Positions 1 to 9,239 are shown, counted from the first letter of the stretch. The stretch is 24,000 bases of DNA from Pyrococcus abyssi GE5 (GCF_000195935.2 NC_000868.1:1321237-1345236), one strand, 5' to 3'. Notes: generated by a model not told the origin, from the letters alone. Made by a program: numbers and translations.

Positions 1-482
1 AGGAGAACCCTCTCATCCTCCGCAACTTTGTAAGCTAACAGGATTAAGTCCAAAGCTTCCTGATTGTTTTCAGCGTAGAACTGGATCCAGCCGGTATCTC
101 TTTGACTAATTGTGTCCTGCCAGTCGTTCCAGATGTTAATTGGAGCGCTTAAAGCTCTGTTACCTATTGCCATGACGATGGGTAACCTCATTCCAGCGGC
201 TATGAAGAGAACCTCATGCATTAAGGCTAATCCCTGAGAGGCAGTAGCTGTGAAAGTTCTTACCCCAGCTGCGCTCGCTCCAACTAGGGCCGAGATAGCT
301 GAGTGCTCGCTCTCCACCTTTATGAACTCTGCATCCAATTCCCCGTTTGCAACGAACTCACTAATCTTTTCTGGAACGAGTGTTGATGGAGTAATTGGGA
401 ATGCCGCAATTACTTTTGGCTTAGCAAGCTTGGCAGCCCAGGCTGCAGCTTCGTTAGCCTTCATAACTGTCCTAATCGGCAT
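1..482 (-). CDS. porA: Pyruvate:ferredoxin oxidoreductase alpha subunit, N-terminal part (gene runs off the left edge of the window)
   Basis: Absent from the ORF track because it is truncated. My translation of the minus strand from ATG 482..480 gives [90 protein letters not shown]... This is colinear with, and clearly paralogous to, the alpha subunit at 1781..2968 ([28 protein letters not shown]). The POR versus VOR label rests on the known Pyrococcus order porG-vorDAB-porDAB. Confidence 0.85.
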   Translation of the reverse strand, partial: MPIRTVMKANEAAAWAAKLAKPKVIAAFPITPSTLVPEKISEFVANGELDAEFIKVESEHSAISALVGASAAGVRTFTATASQGLALMHEVLFIAAGMRLPIVMAIGNRALSAPINIWNDWQDTISQRDTGWIQFYAENNQEALDLILLAYKVAEDERVL

Positions 483-493
483 CTTTCACCACC

Positions 494-811
494 TCACTTA
501 ACCTCTCTAACCATCTCTATAGCGTTGGTTGGGCATTCGTTAGCGCATATACCACAACCCTTACAATAGTCATAGTCGAAAACTGGGTAGCCCTCTTCGT
601 CCAAGTATATGGCAGGCTCTGGGCAGTAGATGTAGCACAGGAAGCACCTTACGCACTTGTCCTTCTTAAACTCTGGCCTGAAAACTCTCCAAGAACCGGT
701 CTTGTTAATTACGCTACTCCCAGGGATGTAAGCTATTGCTCCTGGGGTCATTTTTTCAGTCAACTCTTTTTGTGCCCTCTCGATATCGGCTTTAAACGGA
801 CTTTCAGCCAT
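494..811 (-). CDS. porD: Pyruvate:ferredoxin oxidoreductase delta subunit (2x[4Fe-4S] ferredoxin-like)
   Basis: Two CxxCxxCxxxCP motifs (CVRCFLCYIYCP, CKGCGICANECP). Paralog of the 105-aa ORF at 2970..3287. I prefer the internal ATG at 811 (MAESPFKADIE..., 105 aa), which is preceded by GGGGTGGTGTGAT. The track start at 859 would overlap the upstream gene. Confidence 0.85.
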   Translation of the reverse strand: MAESPFKADIERAQKELTEKMTPGAIAYIPGSSVINKTGSWRVFRPEFKKDKCVRCFLCYIYCPEPAIYLDEEGYPVFDYDYCKGCGICANECPTNAIEMVREVK

Positions 812-839
812 ATCACACCACCCCAAAATAATTAATAAA

Positions 840-1778
840 TCAGCCGAACACCTCGGCAAGCTTCTTCAACCTTTCCCACTCCTCAAGCACCCACTTCTGC
901 AATACCTCAATATCTTCCTTAGTCATGTATTTAAATCTACCCTGTAACTTGAGGAACTCCTCAATGGGTTTGGGCTCCTTCTTGGGGTTGGGCATGTTTA
1001 TCTTGTACTTACCGTTTTCGTACTCGAACAGTGGGAAGTACGCTGTCTGGACAGCTAACCTAGCTATCTCAATTGTCTTGTCCGTTGGGGCCCTCCATCC
1101 AGTTGGGCAGGGAGCGAACAGCTGGATGAAGCTCGGCCCAGGAATCTTTTGGGCCTTCTTGAGCTTCCTCAAGAAGTCCTCTGGATAAGCGACGCTTGCC
1201 GTTGCTGCATATGGAATCCTGTGGGCGATAACTATGTCGATTACCTTCTTCTTGTGCCTCTTCTCAAGGAAGTGCCTCTTTCCACCAGGTGTATTCGTTG
1301 TCCAAGCTCCATAGGGGGTTGAACTTGACCTCTGAATTCCAGTGTTCATGTAGGCCTCGTTATCGTACATTATGTATAGGGCATCGTGACCCCTCTCGAG
1401 GAAACCGCTCAAAGCCTGAAGTCCTATGTCAGCAGTTCCACCGTCTCCAGCCCATCCGACGACCATTATTCCGTCTTCTCCCTTGACCTTATATCCCAAA
1501 GCCTTTAGTGCCGCTTCAATCCCACTTATAACGGCTCCAGTTGTCTCGAACGCCGTGTGGAAGAGGTTTGCATTTAGTGCCGAATAGGGCCATGGACCGG
1601 CTATGATTGTTGAACAACAGGCTGGAATCACAAGGATCGTCTTCCTTCCATAAGCCTTAAGGACGTACCTTAGGCCAAGTGAAGCACCACATCCTTGGCA
1701 TGCAGTGTGTCCGGCGAAGAAGTTTTCCTCAAATGGTAGGGTCAGCCTCCTCTTAACATCCTCAGGAACTTCCATCAT
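840..1778 (-). CDS. vorB: 2-ketoisovalerate:ferredoxin oxidoreductase beta subunit (TPP-binding)
   Basis: TPP-binding GDG motif (GWAGDGGTADIG), N-terminal Cys cluster (CQGCG, PACC) and beta-subunit size. The likely start is ATG 1778 or 1775 (MMEVPEDV), just after GAGGTGA, which overlaps the vorA stop. The track start at 1802 is less likely. Confidence 0.85.
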   Translation of the reverse strand: MMEVPEDVKRRLTLPFEENFFAGHTACQGCGASLGLRYVLKAYGRKTILVIPACCSTIIAGPWPYSALNANLFHTAFETTGAVISGIEAALKALGYKVKGEDGIMVVGWAGDGGTADIGLQALSGFLERGHDALYIMYDNEAYMNTGIQRSSSTPYGAWTTNTPGGKRHFLEKRHKKKVIDIVIAHRIPYAATASVAYPEDFLRKLKKAQKIPGPSFIQLFAPCPTGWRAPTDKTIEIARLAVQTAYFPLFEYENGKYKINMPNPKKEPKPIEEFLKLQGRFKYMTKEDIEVLQKWVLEEWERLKKLAEVFG

Positions 1779-1780
1779 TC

Positions 1781-2968
1781 TCACCTCTTGAGGTGGTACC
1801 ATTCAACCTCCCTATCCAGTTTCCCGCTCTCAATTACCTTCTTCATATCCTCGGCTATCGCCTTAACGTCACTCACGGTAAAGTCCCTTCCACCGAGTCC
1901 AACGATGTAGTTCTTCATTATCGGCCTTGCTCCGTTGTTGTACAAAGCCCCCTTGGCCTCCGTGAACAGTATTCCCTCCTGGCCGAACGAGAAGTTCCTG
2001 TCGAGGACAGCTATCCCCTTGACGCTCTCAGCTATCTCCAAGAGTTCCTCCCTGGGGAACGGCCTGAACCATCTCACCTTAGCATAACCTACCTTGTAAC
2101 CTTGCTTCCTCAAGAGCTCAACTGCCTCCTTTACAGTCCCCATGAGGGAACCCATGCCCATGAAGACGAAGTCCGCATCGTCGATGTACGCTTTCTCAAT
2201 CATTTCACTGTAGTCCCTTCCGAAGCGCTCCCCGAATTCCCTTCCAACGTCTTTTATTACCTTCTTCGCCTCTTCATGAGCCCTGGCAAGCTTATATCTG
2301 AACTCGTAGTAGTCAGCTGGAGTTGCTAGGGCACCAACGGCTATTGGATTCTCAAAGTCGGCTAAGGAGTACAACGGCTTCCTCGGGGGTAAAAACTCAT
2401 CTACAAGCTCCTGGGGTATCATGTTAACTATTTCATAAGTGTGGCTCAGTATGAAAGCGCTCTCAACTACCATCGCCGGAACGTTAACGGTTTCAGCAAC
2501 CTTAAACGCCATTAAGACACCATCGTAAACTTCCTGGTTGTTCTCAGCGTAGAACTGCATCCAGCCGGTGTCCCTTTGGGATAAGCTGTCAGTTTGATCG
2601 TCCCAAACGCTCCATGGAGGGGCCATGGCCCTGTTAACGTCAACCATCACTATGGGCAACCTAGCTCCAGCGGCCCAGTGAAGCATCTCGTGCATTAAAG
2701 CTAAACCCTGGGCTGATGTTGCAGTGAAAACTCTAGCTCCAGTAGCGGATGCACCTATACATGCGGCCATAGCCGAGTGCTCACTCTCCACGGGAATGTA
2801 TTGGATGTCGGCTTCGCCATTTGCTATGAATTCAGCTATCTTCTCAATTATACTCGTCTGAGGCGTGATTGGATAAGCGGCAACGACTTGAACCCTTGCA
2901 TGGAGGACGGCGTAGGCTGCAGCATAGTTACCGCTTACAACTTTCTTTATCGGCTTATACTCCACCAT
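1781..2968 (-). CDS. vorA: 2-ketoisovalerate:ferredoxin oxidoreductase alpha subunit
   Basis: 395-aa ORF with 2-oxoacid:ferredoxin oxidoreductase alpha signatures ([40 protein letters not shown]). It sits between the delta and beta subunits. Confidence 0.9.
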   Translation of the reverse strand: MVEYKPIKKVVSGNYAAAYAVLHARVQVVAAYPITPQTSIIEKIAEFIANGEADIQYIPVESEHSAMAACIGASATGARVFTATSAQGLALMHEMLHWAAGARLPIVMVDVNRAMAPPWSVWDDQTDSLSQRDTGWMQFYAENNQEVYDGVLMAFKVAETVNVPAMVVESAFILSHTYEIVNMIPQELVDEFLPPRKPLYSLADFENPIAVGALATPADYYEFRYKLARAHEEAKKVIKDVGREFGERFGRDYSEMIEKAYIDDADFVFMGMGSLMGTVKEAVELLRKQGYKVGYAKVRWFRPFPREELLEIAESVKGIAVLDRNFSFGQEGILFTEAKGALYNNGARPIMKNYIVGLGGRDFTVSDVKAIAEDMKKVIESGKLDREVEWYHLKR

Positions 2969-2969
2969 A

Positions 2970-3287
2970 TTACTTCTCCTCCCTAACCATGGTTATAGCC
3001 TTGGTTGGGCATTCGTTAGCGCATATCCCACAACCCTTACAATAATCATAGTCTATTGCAACGAAGCCATCTTCTTTTATGTATATTGCAGGCTCGGGAC
3101 AGAACTTCCAACAAATGTAACACTTAACGCACTTGGATTCGTCAATGACTGGCATGAAAGTTCTCCAATCACCAGTAAAGTTAACGAGCGTAGTTCCAAG
3201 GGTTATCGGAGCCTCTGGATACTCATCAACTGATTTAGGAGAAATTACCCTCGCCTCTTCCTTTGCCTTTCCAAAGAGGGTGTTCAT
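2970..3287 (-). CDS. vorD: 2-ketoisovalerate:ferredoxin oxidoreductase delta subunit (2x[4Fe-4S])
   Basis: CVKCYICWKFCP and CKGCGICANECP motifs, 105 aa. Its stop lies 1 nt before the vorA start. Confidence 0.85.
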   Translation of the reverse strand: MNTLFGKAKEEARVISPKSVDEYPEAPITLGTTLVNFTGDWRTFMPVIDESKCVKCYICWKFCPEPAIYIKEDGFVAIDYDYCKGCGICANECPTKAITMVREEK

Positions 3288-3315
3288 GGATATCCCTCCA
3301 AAAAGTTAAGAAGAA

Positions 3316-3873
3316 TCAGACCTCAAATATCTGAGTCTTCTCGAAAGCTTCCCTTGCTGCTTTGGCGTTCTTTTCACCGAGCTCTCCTGAGAATGTGTCC
3401 TTAATAGCGGTTTCAACGCTCTCTATCTTGACGAGTCCTGTGGCCTTTGCCACAGCACCGAGGATTGCGGTGTTCGTAATTGGTAGACCCAAGGTTTCCA
3501 ATGCTATTGTAGTTGCATCAACGAGGGCCAGCTTCTTGGGTTTCCTCTTTAGCTTTTCAAGGACTTCCTCCTTGCTCTTTTCGGTGTTGACTATTACTAT
3601 CCCATCCTCCTTGAGTCCAGCGGTTACGTCAACGGTCTCGAGGAGTGATGGGTCTAAGACGACCACAACGTCCGGCTCATATATCTGGGTCTTTATCCTT
3701 ATTGGCTTCTCATCTATCCTTGTGAACGCTGTAACCGGGGCTCCTCTCCTTTCAACACCGAAGAATGGGAACGCTTGAACGTACTTACCCTCTATGAAAG
3801 CGGCTTCTGCAAGAATGTTCGCAGCGGTAACGGCACCTTGTCCACCTCTACCGTGAAAACGAATCTCTATCAT
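3316..3873 (-). CDS. porG: 2-ketoacid:ferredoxin oxidoreductase gamma subunit (shared POR/VOR gamma in Pyrococcus)
   Basis: 185-aa ORF with the gamma-subunit N-terminus [25 protein letters not shown]. It is the first gene of the cluster, and GGGGG lies 9 nt upstream of the ATG. Confidence 0.9.
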
Positions 3874-4044
3874 CTTTTCTGCCCCCTTAAGCTTTCAATT
3901 AATCCGAGTTCAATCTTGAATTTTTGAATTTGATTTATGTAGTTTTCGGTGCTAAGCTCAAAGCGTTACGACAATTGTCAAATTTTGGCATTACCTATGA
4001 CAATCGACTATCGTCGATAACGCATTATACTTTCACCGAAAGTC

Positions 4045-4053
4045 TTTTATAAA
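4045..4053 (+). promoter_or_regulatory. Candidate TATA box for the HMG-CoA synthase operon
   Basis: TTTTATAAA lies about 50 nt upstream of ATG 4100. AGGTGATGA (4088..4096) is in Shine-Dalgarno position, which implies a 5' UTR of roughly 20-25 nt. Confidence 0.45.
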
Positions 4054-4099
4054 GATAATAGGGCCTAAATGGATGAAGATAAACTCAAGGTGATGAGTA

Positions 4100-5152
4100 A
4101 TGGGCAAGCTTCTGAAGCCTTCAAAGGAGATAGGCATCGTTGGTTATGGAGCTTACGTGCCAATGTACAGGATAAGGAATGAAGAAATAGGAAGGGTCTG
4201 GGGGGTTTCTAACTTTCCAATAGAGGAAAAGGCCGTCCCAGGATTGGATGAGGATGCCGTAACGATAGGTATTGAAGCCGCAAGGAACGCACTGAAGAGG
4301 GCTAAAATCGACCCTAGGGAGATAAGAGCCATATGGTTCGGTAGCGAGAGCAAGCCTTACGCGGTAAAGCCTTCGGCAACCATTATAGCTGAAGCTATAG
4401 GGGCCACTCCAGACTTGGAGGCAGCTGATTTTGAGTTCGCATGTAAAGCTGGAACCGAGGCACTGCAAGCTGCAATAGGTTTCGTGGCATCTGGAATGGC
4501 GAAGTACGCTATGGCCATAGGAGCCGATACTGCCCAGGGAAGACCAGCAGATCACCTCGAGTTCACGGCTGGGGCAGGAGGGGCTGCATTCATAGTTGGA
4601 GAGAAAAGCTCAGAGACTTTGGCTTACTTTGAGGGTAGCTACTCCTACGTTACCGATACACCAGACTTTTGGAGGAGACAGCATGAGCACTATCCAAGGC
4701 ATGGAAACAGGTTTACTGGAGAGCCTGCCTACTTTCACCACGTGATAACCGCTGCTAAGACGCTAATGGACGAGCTAGGATTAACACCAGCGGATTTTGA
4801 TTACGCGGTGTTTCACCAGCCCAACGTTAAGTTCCCGCTTACAGCGGCAAAAATCCTGGGGATTCCAAAGGAGAAGGTTCTCCCAGGACTTTTAACGGGA
4901 AAAATTGGAAACACCTACAGCGGAGCGACCATGGTGGGAATATCGGCAGTTCTTGACATAGCGAAGCCAGGAGATAGGATACTCTGGGTATCCTTCGGCT
5001 CGGGAGCTGGAAGCGATGCGTTCAGCATAGTGGTTCAAGATGCAATAGAGGAGAAGAGGGATCTAGCACCAAAGGTGGAAGATTACGTGAAGAGGAGGAA
5101 GGTAATAGATTACGCCCTCTACGCAAAGGCAAGAAGGAAGTACATCTTGTGA
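4100..5152 (+). CDS. hmgS: 3-hydroxy-3-methylglutaryl-CoA synthase (archaeal type)
   Basis: 350 aa with a thiolase-fold condensing-enzyme pattern: active-site Cys context [20 protein letters not shown]. It is immediately followed by thiolase and DUF35, the conserved archaeal trio. Confidence 0.9.
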
Positions 5153-5162
5153 GGTGGGTAAA

Positions 5163-6329
5163 ATGGAGAAGCCCATAATAGTCGGGGTTGGAATGACCCC
5201 AGTTGGAGAGCACTGGAGGACTTCGCTTAGGGATTTGGCCGTTGAGGCTATACTAAAAGCGATGGACGATGCTGGAATTGACAAAGTCGATTCCCTATAC
5301 GTAGGAAATATGGCATCAGGCTCATTTGTCGAGCAGGAAAATCTTGGAGCTTTGATAGCTGATTGGGCTGGTTTAGGTAACATTCCAGCCGTTAAAGTTG
5401 AAGCTGCATGCGCCTCTGGAGGGGCTGCAGTTCAAGAGGGTGCAAAGGCAGTGTTAAGCGGGTTAGAGGATGTCGTTTTAGTAGTTGGAGTGGAAAAGAT
5501 GACGGATGCTTGGCCGAGCGATGCTACCAGATATCTGGCTTATGCAAGCGATGCTGAGTGGGAACTCTTCCACGGGGTCAGCTTCGTCGCCTTAAACGCT
5601 TTAATAATGAGGCATTACATGAACACCTATGGATACACCGAAGAAGATTTAGCGTTATTCGCCGTAAACGCTCATGCAAACGGAGCAAAGAATCCCTATG
5701 CGATGTTTAAGAGACCTATAACGGTTGAGACCGTAATGAAGAGCCCATACATTGCCGATCCATTGAAGCTCTTCGATGCCTCACCAGTTTGTGATGGAGC
5801 TGCAGCCGTAATAATAACTATCCCAGAGAAGGCCAAGGAACTTGGAATTCCAAAGGATAAGTGGGTTGAAATTGCGGGCATGGGAAGGGCAATAGACACG
5901 ATAAACCTAGCCAATAGGGAGGATTTGCTAACGCTAAAAGCAGCCAAAATAGCTGCGGAGAAGGCTTATAAGATGGCAAAAGTCGAGCCCAAGGACATTG
6001 ATTTCTTTGAGGTTCACGATGCGTTCACCGTTATGGCGGCCTTAAGCTTAGAAGCCCTGGGAGTTGCAGAGAAGGGAGAAGGAGCAAAGCTTGCCAAAGA
6101 GGGACAGATAGCTATAGATGGAGACTATCCAATACAAACCATGGGAGGACTAAAAGCGAGAGGACATCCAGTTGGAGCTACTGGAGTTTACCAAACCGTA
6201 GAATCCGTTCTCCAAATTAGAGGAGAGGCTCCAAACGGAATTCAAGTTCCCGACGCTGAAATTGGATTAACCCAGAATATAGGTGGAACAGGTTCAAACA
6301 TAACTGTCACAATACTCAGGAGGGTTTGA
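5163..6329 (+). CDS. Acetyl-CoA C-acetyltransferase (acetoacetyl-CoA thiolase)
   Basis: Thiolase catalytic Cys context VEAACASGG, C-terminal HPVGATG and NIGGTGS. I prefer ATG 5163 (MEKPIIVGVG), which is preceded by GAGGTGGG. The track ORF starts at GTG 5154. Confidence 0.9.
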   Translation: MEKPIIVGVGMTPVGEHWRTSLRDLAVEAILKAMDDAGIDKVDSLYVGNMASGSFVEQENLGALIADWAGLGNIPAVKVEAACASGGAAVQEGAKAVLSGLEDVVLVVGVEKMTDAWPSDATRYLAYASDAEWELFHGVSFVALNALIMRHYMNTYGYTEEDLALFAVNAHANGAKNPYAMFKRPITVETVMKSPYIADPLKLFDASPVCDGAAAVIITIPEKAKELGIPKDKWVEIAGMGRAIDTINLANREDLLTLKAAKIAAEKAYKMAKVEPKDIDFFEVHDAFTVMAALSLEALGVAEKGEGAKLAKEGQIAIDGDYPIQTMGGLKARGHPVGATGVYQTVESVLQIRGEAPNGIQVPDAEIGLTQNIGGTGSNITVTILRRV

Positions 6330-6330
6330 T

Positions 6331-6735
6331 ATGGGGAGACCCATGCAGGTTTCCCGTTATTGGAGGCACTTCAGGGAGAAGTACAGGTTAATAGGCGGGA
6401 AGTGTGAAAATGGTCATGTTTTCTTCCCCAAGAGGCCTGTATGTCCAGTATGCGGAAGCAGAAACGTCGAGGAGTTTGAGTTTAGTGGGAGGGGGAAGGT
6501 AATTACTTGGACCATAGTTAGGAATCCCCCGAGTGGGTTCGAATATTACAAGCCTTATCCAATAGCTTTAATTCAGCTTGAGGAGGGGCCCGTAGTATTG
6601 GCCCAGCTAACAGACGTCGAGCCAGATGAGATTCACGAGGGCATGGAAGTCGAGATGGTGACAAGGAAGATAAGGGAATTCGAAGAGGACGGAATAATCC
6701 TCTATGGATACAAGTTCAGGCCAAAGTTAAAATAG
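6331..6735 (+). CDS. DUF35 OB-fold/zinc-ribbon protein (scaffold of the thiolase/HMG-CoA synthase complex)
   Basis: 134 aa with a zinc ribbon C-x4-H...CPVCGS followed by an OB-like C-terminus. AGGAGGG lies 6 nt upstream of the ATG, and the gene is positioned directly after the thiolase. Confidence 0.85.
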   Translation: MGRPMQVSRYWRHFREKYRLIGGKCENGHVFFPKRPVCPVCGSRNVEEFEFSGRGKVITWTIVRNPPSGFEYYKPYPIALIQLEEGPVVLAQLTDVEPDEIHEGMEVEMVTRKIREFEEDGIILYGYKFRPKLK

Positions 6736-6757
6736 CCTCTCCTTCTTTTTTATTCTG

Positions 6758-7207
6758 ATGACAGCTCTAATAGTGGCCCTCGGGAACGAGGTAATGGGAG
6801 ACGATGGGGCAGGGATAAAAGTTGCCAGGATCCTAAAGAATAAGGGATACAGGGTCGAAATACTGGGAACGGATATATTTTCACTTCAGCAGAGGTACAA
6901 CGGAGAGGATAAGGTAATAATCGTCGATGCCGTTCTCTCAAACGACGCTGGTAAGGTTATTCACTTGAAGGACGAGGAGATCTTCCAAAAGTTAAAGGCC
7001 GAGATTAGGAGCGCTCACTTTATGGGGGCAATTGAAAGCCTAAAGCTCTTAATGACCCTAGATGAAAGGCTCAAAAATGCTAAATTCCACTTTGTTGGAA
7101 TAACTATAAAGAGAATAGAACTTGGCCTCGAGCTTAGTGAAGAAGTTGAGAGGGCAATTCCAAGGGCTATAGAAATCATTGAGAGCATAGTGGGGGATGA
7201 TGAATGA
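6758..7207 (+). CDS. [NiFe]-hydrogenase maturation endopeptidase (HycI/FrxA-type)
   Basis: N-terminal LGNEVMGDDGAG motif, a central IIVDAV motif and a downstream SAH motif typical of hydrogenase maturation proteases. 149 aa. Confidence 0.8.
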   Translation: MTALIVALGNEVMGDDGAGIKVARILKNKGYRVEILGTDIFSLQQRYNGEDKVIIVDAVLSNDAGKVIHLKDEEIFQKLKAEIRSAHFMGAIESLKLLMTLDERLKNAKFHFVGITIKRIELGLELSEEVERAIPRAIEIIESIVGDDE

Positions 7208-7443
7208 ACATAATAATTCCCCTAGTTCTCGGCATCGTTGTGGGATATGCAATAAGGGGTAAGGTCAAGTTTAACTTTGAGCTACTAATGTCAGTAACAC
7301 TAGTCACCCTGATACTCCTAATGGGAATGAAGGCCGGGAACGTCAAGGTCGATGCCCTAAAGATACTCTCCTATTCTATAACACTGGCGTTGACCTCGGT
7401 TGTAGGAAGCGTGACTTTGGCAAAGATTATGTGGAGGGAATAG
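7204..7443 (+). CDS. Small membrane protein, LysO/DUF340 family N-terminal-type subunit
   Basis: 79 aa with 2-3 predicted TM helices. It has an ATGA overlap with the upstream gene and is followed 1 nt later by the larger DUF340-like ORF. The family assignment comes from my memory of two-gene DUF340 arrangements. Confidence 0.5.
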   Translation: MNIIIPLVLGIVVGYAIRGKVKFNFELLMSVTLVTLILLMGMKAGNVKVDALKILSYSITLALTSVVGSVTLAKIMWRE

Positions 7444-7444
7444 C

Positions 7445-8035
7445 GTGAAGTTCACGGTAATAATATTGCTTGCACTATCACTTGGGTTTATCCTGGGAAA
7501 GCTAGGATTTGACCCAGGGAACTCATATGAGCTGGCTCTCTATGCCCTAATATTTGTGATAGGCCTTGACCTCGGAGCAAACGCCAAGGCAGAGGAGGTA
7601 AAGAAAGCGATATCGCATAAAACACTAGCCCTTCCTATAGCCACGCTACTCGGCTCGATAATCGGAGGCATCGTTTCCTCCTTCATTGTGGGCTTACCCC
7701 TAAAATGGGCCCTAACTATAAGTGCGGGAGTTGGATGGTACTCATTGACTGGAGCGATATTAACTCAGTACTCCCCCGTCTACGGAGTCATCGGCTTTCT
7801 TGCTAATTTTATAAGGGAAGTCATAACGGTTACAGCTTACCCAATCCTTGCTAGGATACTTGGAAAGGAAGTGGCTATCTCAATTGGAGGGGCAACTACT
7901 ATGGATACCACCCTTCCACTCATAGTTAAGTTCGGAGGAAAAGATGCTGGAATAATAGCTTTCATTCATGGATTTTTACTGTCTTTGTTAGTTCCTATCC
8001 TTGTTCCAACTCTAGCATCCATGGGGGGTGATTGA
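7445..8035 (+). CDS. Membrane protein, LysO (lysine exporter)/DUF340 family large subunit
   Basis: 196 aa and highly hydrophobic, with about 6 TM helices. GTG start. Contains a GVGWYSLTG-type motif. Confidence 0.55.
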   Translation: MKFTVIILLALSLGFILGKLGFDPGNSYELALYALIFVIGLDLGANAKAEEVKKAISHKTLALPIATLLGSIIGGIVSSFIVGLPLKWALTISAGVGWYSLTGAILTQYSPVYGVIGFLANFIREVITVTAYPILARILGKEVAISIGGATTMDTTLPLIVKFGGKDAGIIAFIHGFLLSLLVPILVPTLASMGGD

Positions 8036-8554
8036 ATGAGAGTTACGACGAAGGTTGGTGATAAGGGCTCTACGAAGCTCTTTGGAGGGGATGAAGTTTG
8101 GAAGGATTCGCCAATTATAGAAGCTAATGGAACTCTAGATGAGCTAACTAGCTTCTTGGGAGAGGCGAGACATTACTTAAACGACGAAATGAGGGAAATC
8201 ATAGACAGGATTCAGATGGACATATACAAGATTATGGGGGAGCTGGGAAGCAAGGGTGATATCAAGGGAATAACCGACGAAGACTTAAAGTGGATAGAAG
8301 GAATCATAGAGAAGTACGAGGGAGAGGTTGAGCTAAGGTCATTTGTTCTCCCTGGGGGAACCATTGAGAGCGCAAAGCTTGACGTGTGCAGGACGATAGC
8401 GAGGAGAGCCGAGAGAAGGGTAGCCACTATAGTCAGGGAGTATGGATTCGCTAGAAAAAGCCTAGTTTACTTGAACAGACTAAGTGATCTACTCTTCCTG
8501 ATGGCCAGGAAAATTGAGATAGAAAAGGGGAAGCTTAGGGAGGTAAGGGCATGA
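8036..8554 (+). CDS. ATP:cob(I)alamin adenosyltransferase, PduO type
   Basis: N-terminal [14 protein letters not shown]...[20 protein letters not shown] matches the PduO-type ATR signature. 172 aa. Confidence 0.85.
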   Translation: MRVTTKVGDKGSTKLFGGDEVWKDSPIIEANGTLDELTSFLGEARHYLNDEMREIIDRIQMDIYKIMGELGSKGDIKGITDEDLKWIEGIIEKYEGEVELRSFVLPGGTIESAKLDVCRTIARRAERRVATIVREYGFARKSLVYLNRLSDLLFLMARKIEIEKGKLREVRA

Positions 8555-9237
8555 AGGTCATTGGAATCCTCGGCGGAATGGGTCCCCTCGCAACCGTGGA
8601 GATGTTTAAGAGGATAGTCGAGAAAACGCCAGCAAAGAAAGATCAAGACCATCCGAAGATAATCATCTTCAACAACCCACAGATTCCAGATAGAACTGCC
8701 TTTATTCTGGGAAAGGGTGAAGATCCAAGGCCAGAGTTAATAAAAACAGCCAAGAAGCTTGAGGAGTGCGGTGCGGACTTTATAATAATGCCATGTAACA
8801 CGGCACATGCTTTCATAGAGGACATAAGGAAGGCGATTAGAATACCTATAATAAGTATGATAGAGGAGACGGCGAAGAAGGTTAAAGAGCTCGGCTTTAA
8901 GAAAGTTGGATTACTTGCCACAACGGGAACTATAGCCAGTGGAGTTTACGAAAAGGAGTTCTCCAAGTACGGAATAGAGGTTCTAATCCCAAGGGAGGAC
9001 GAGCAAGAAGAGGTTATGAAAGGAATATACGATGGAGTTAAGGCTGGAAACCTTGAGCTTGGAAAGGAACTCCTCATAAAAATTGCGAGGAAGCTAGAGG
9101 AGAGGGGTGCTGAGTGCATAATAGCCGGTTGCACTGAGGTTAGCGTTGTCCTTAGTGAAAAAGATTTGAAAGTTCCCTTGATAGATCCAATGGACGTTAT
9201 AGCTGAAGCTGCCGTTAAAGTTGCGCTAGAAAAGTGA
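8551..9237 (+). CDS. Aspartate racemase
   Basis: [16 protein letters not shown]-terminus and the two catalytic Cys contexts IIMPCNTAH and IIAGCTEV. It closely resembles the characterised Pyrococcus aspartate racemase. ATGA overlap with the upstream gene. Confidence 0.9.
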   Translation: MKVIGILGGMGPLATVEMFKRIVEKTPAKKDQDHPKIIIFNNPQIPDRTAFILGKGEDPRPELIKTAKKLEECGADFIIMPCNTAHAFIEDIRKAIRIPIISMIEETAKKVKELGFKKVGLLATTGTIASGVYEKEFSKYGIEVLIPREDEQEEVMKGIYDGVKAGNLELGKELLIKIARKLEERGAECIIAGCTEVSVVLSEKDLKVPLIDPMDVIAEAAVKVALEK

Positions 9238-9239
9238 AC

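Noticed and set aside
4089-4115. A perfect C-box-like GTGATGA followed 16 nt later by CTGA, suggesting a C/D sRNA.
   Set aside because: GTGATGA is in exact Shine-Dalgarno position (AGGTGATGA) for the HMG-CoA synthase ATG at 4100, and the CTGA lies inside the coding sequence. The spacing is not 12 nt and there is no terminal stem or second box pair.
7204-8035. The split LysO/DUF340 pair (79 aa plus 196 aa) as a frameshifted pseudogene.
   Set aside because: Both ORFs have clean starts coupled to the preceding stop (ATGA overlap; TAG-C-GTG). Two-gene DUF340 arrangements occur naturally, and no remnant frame continuity suggests a recent disruption.
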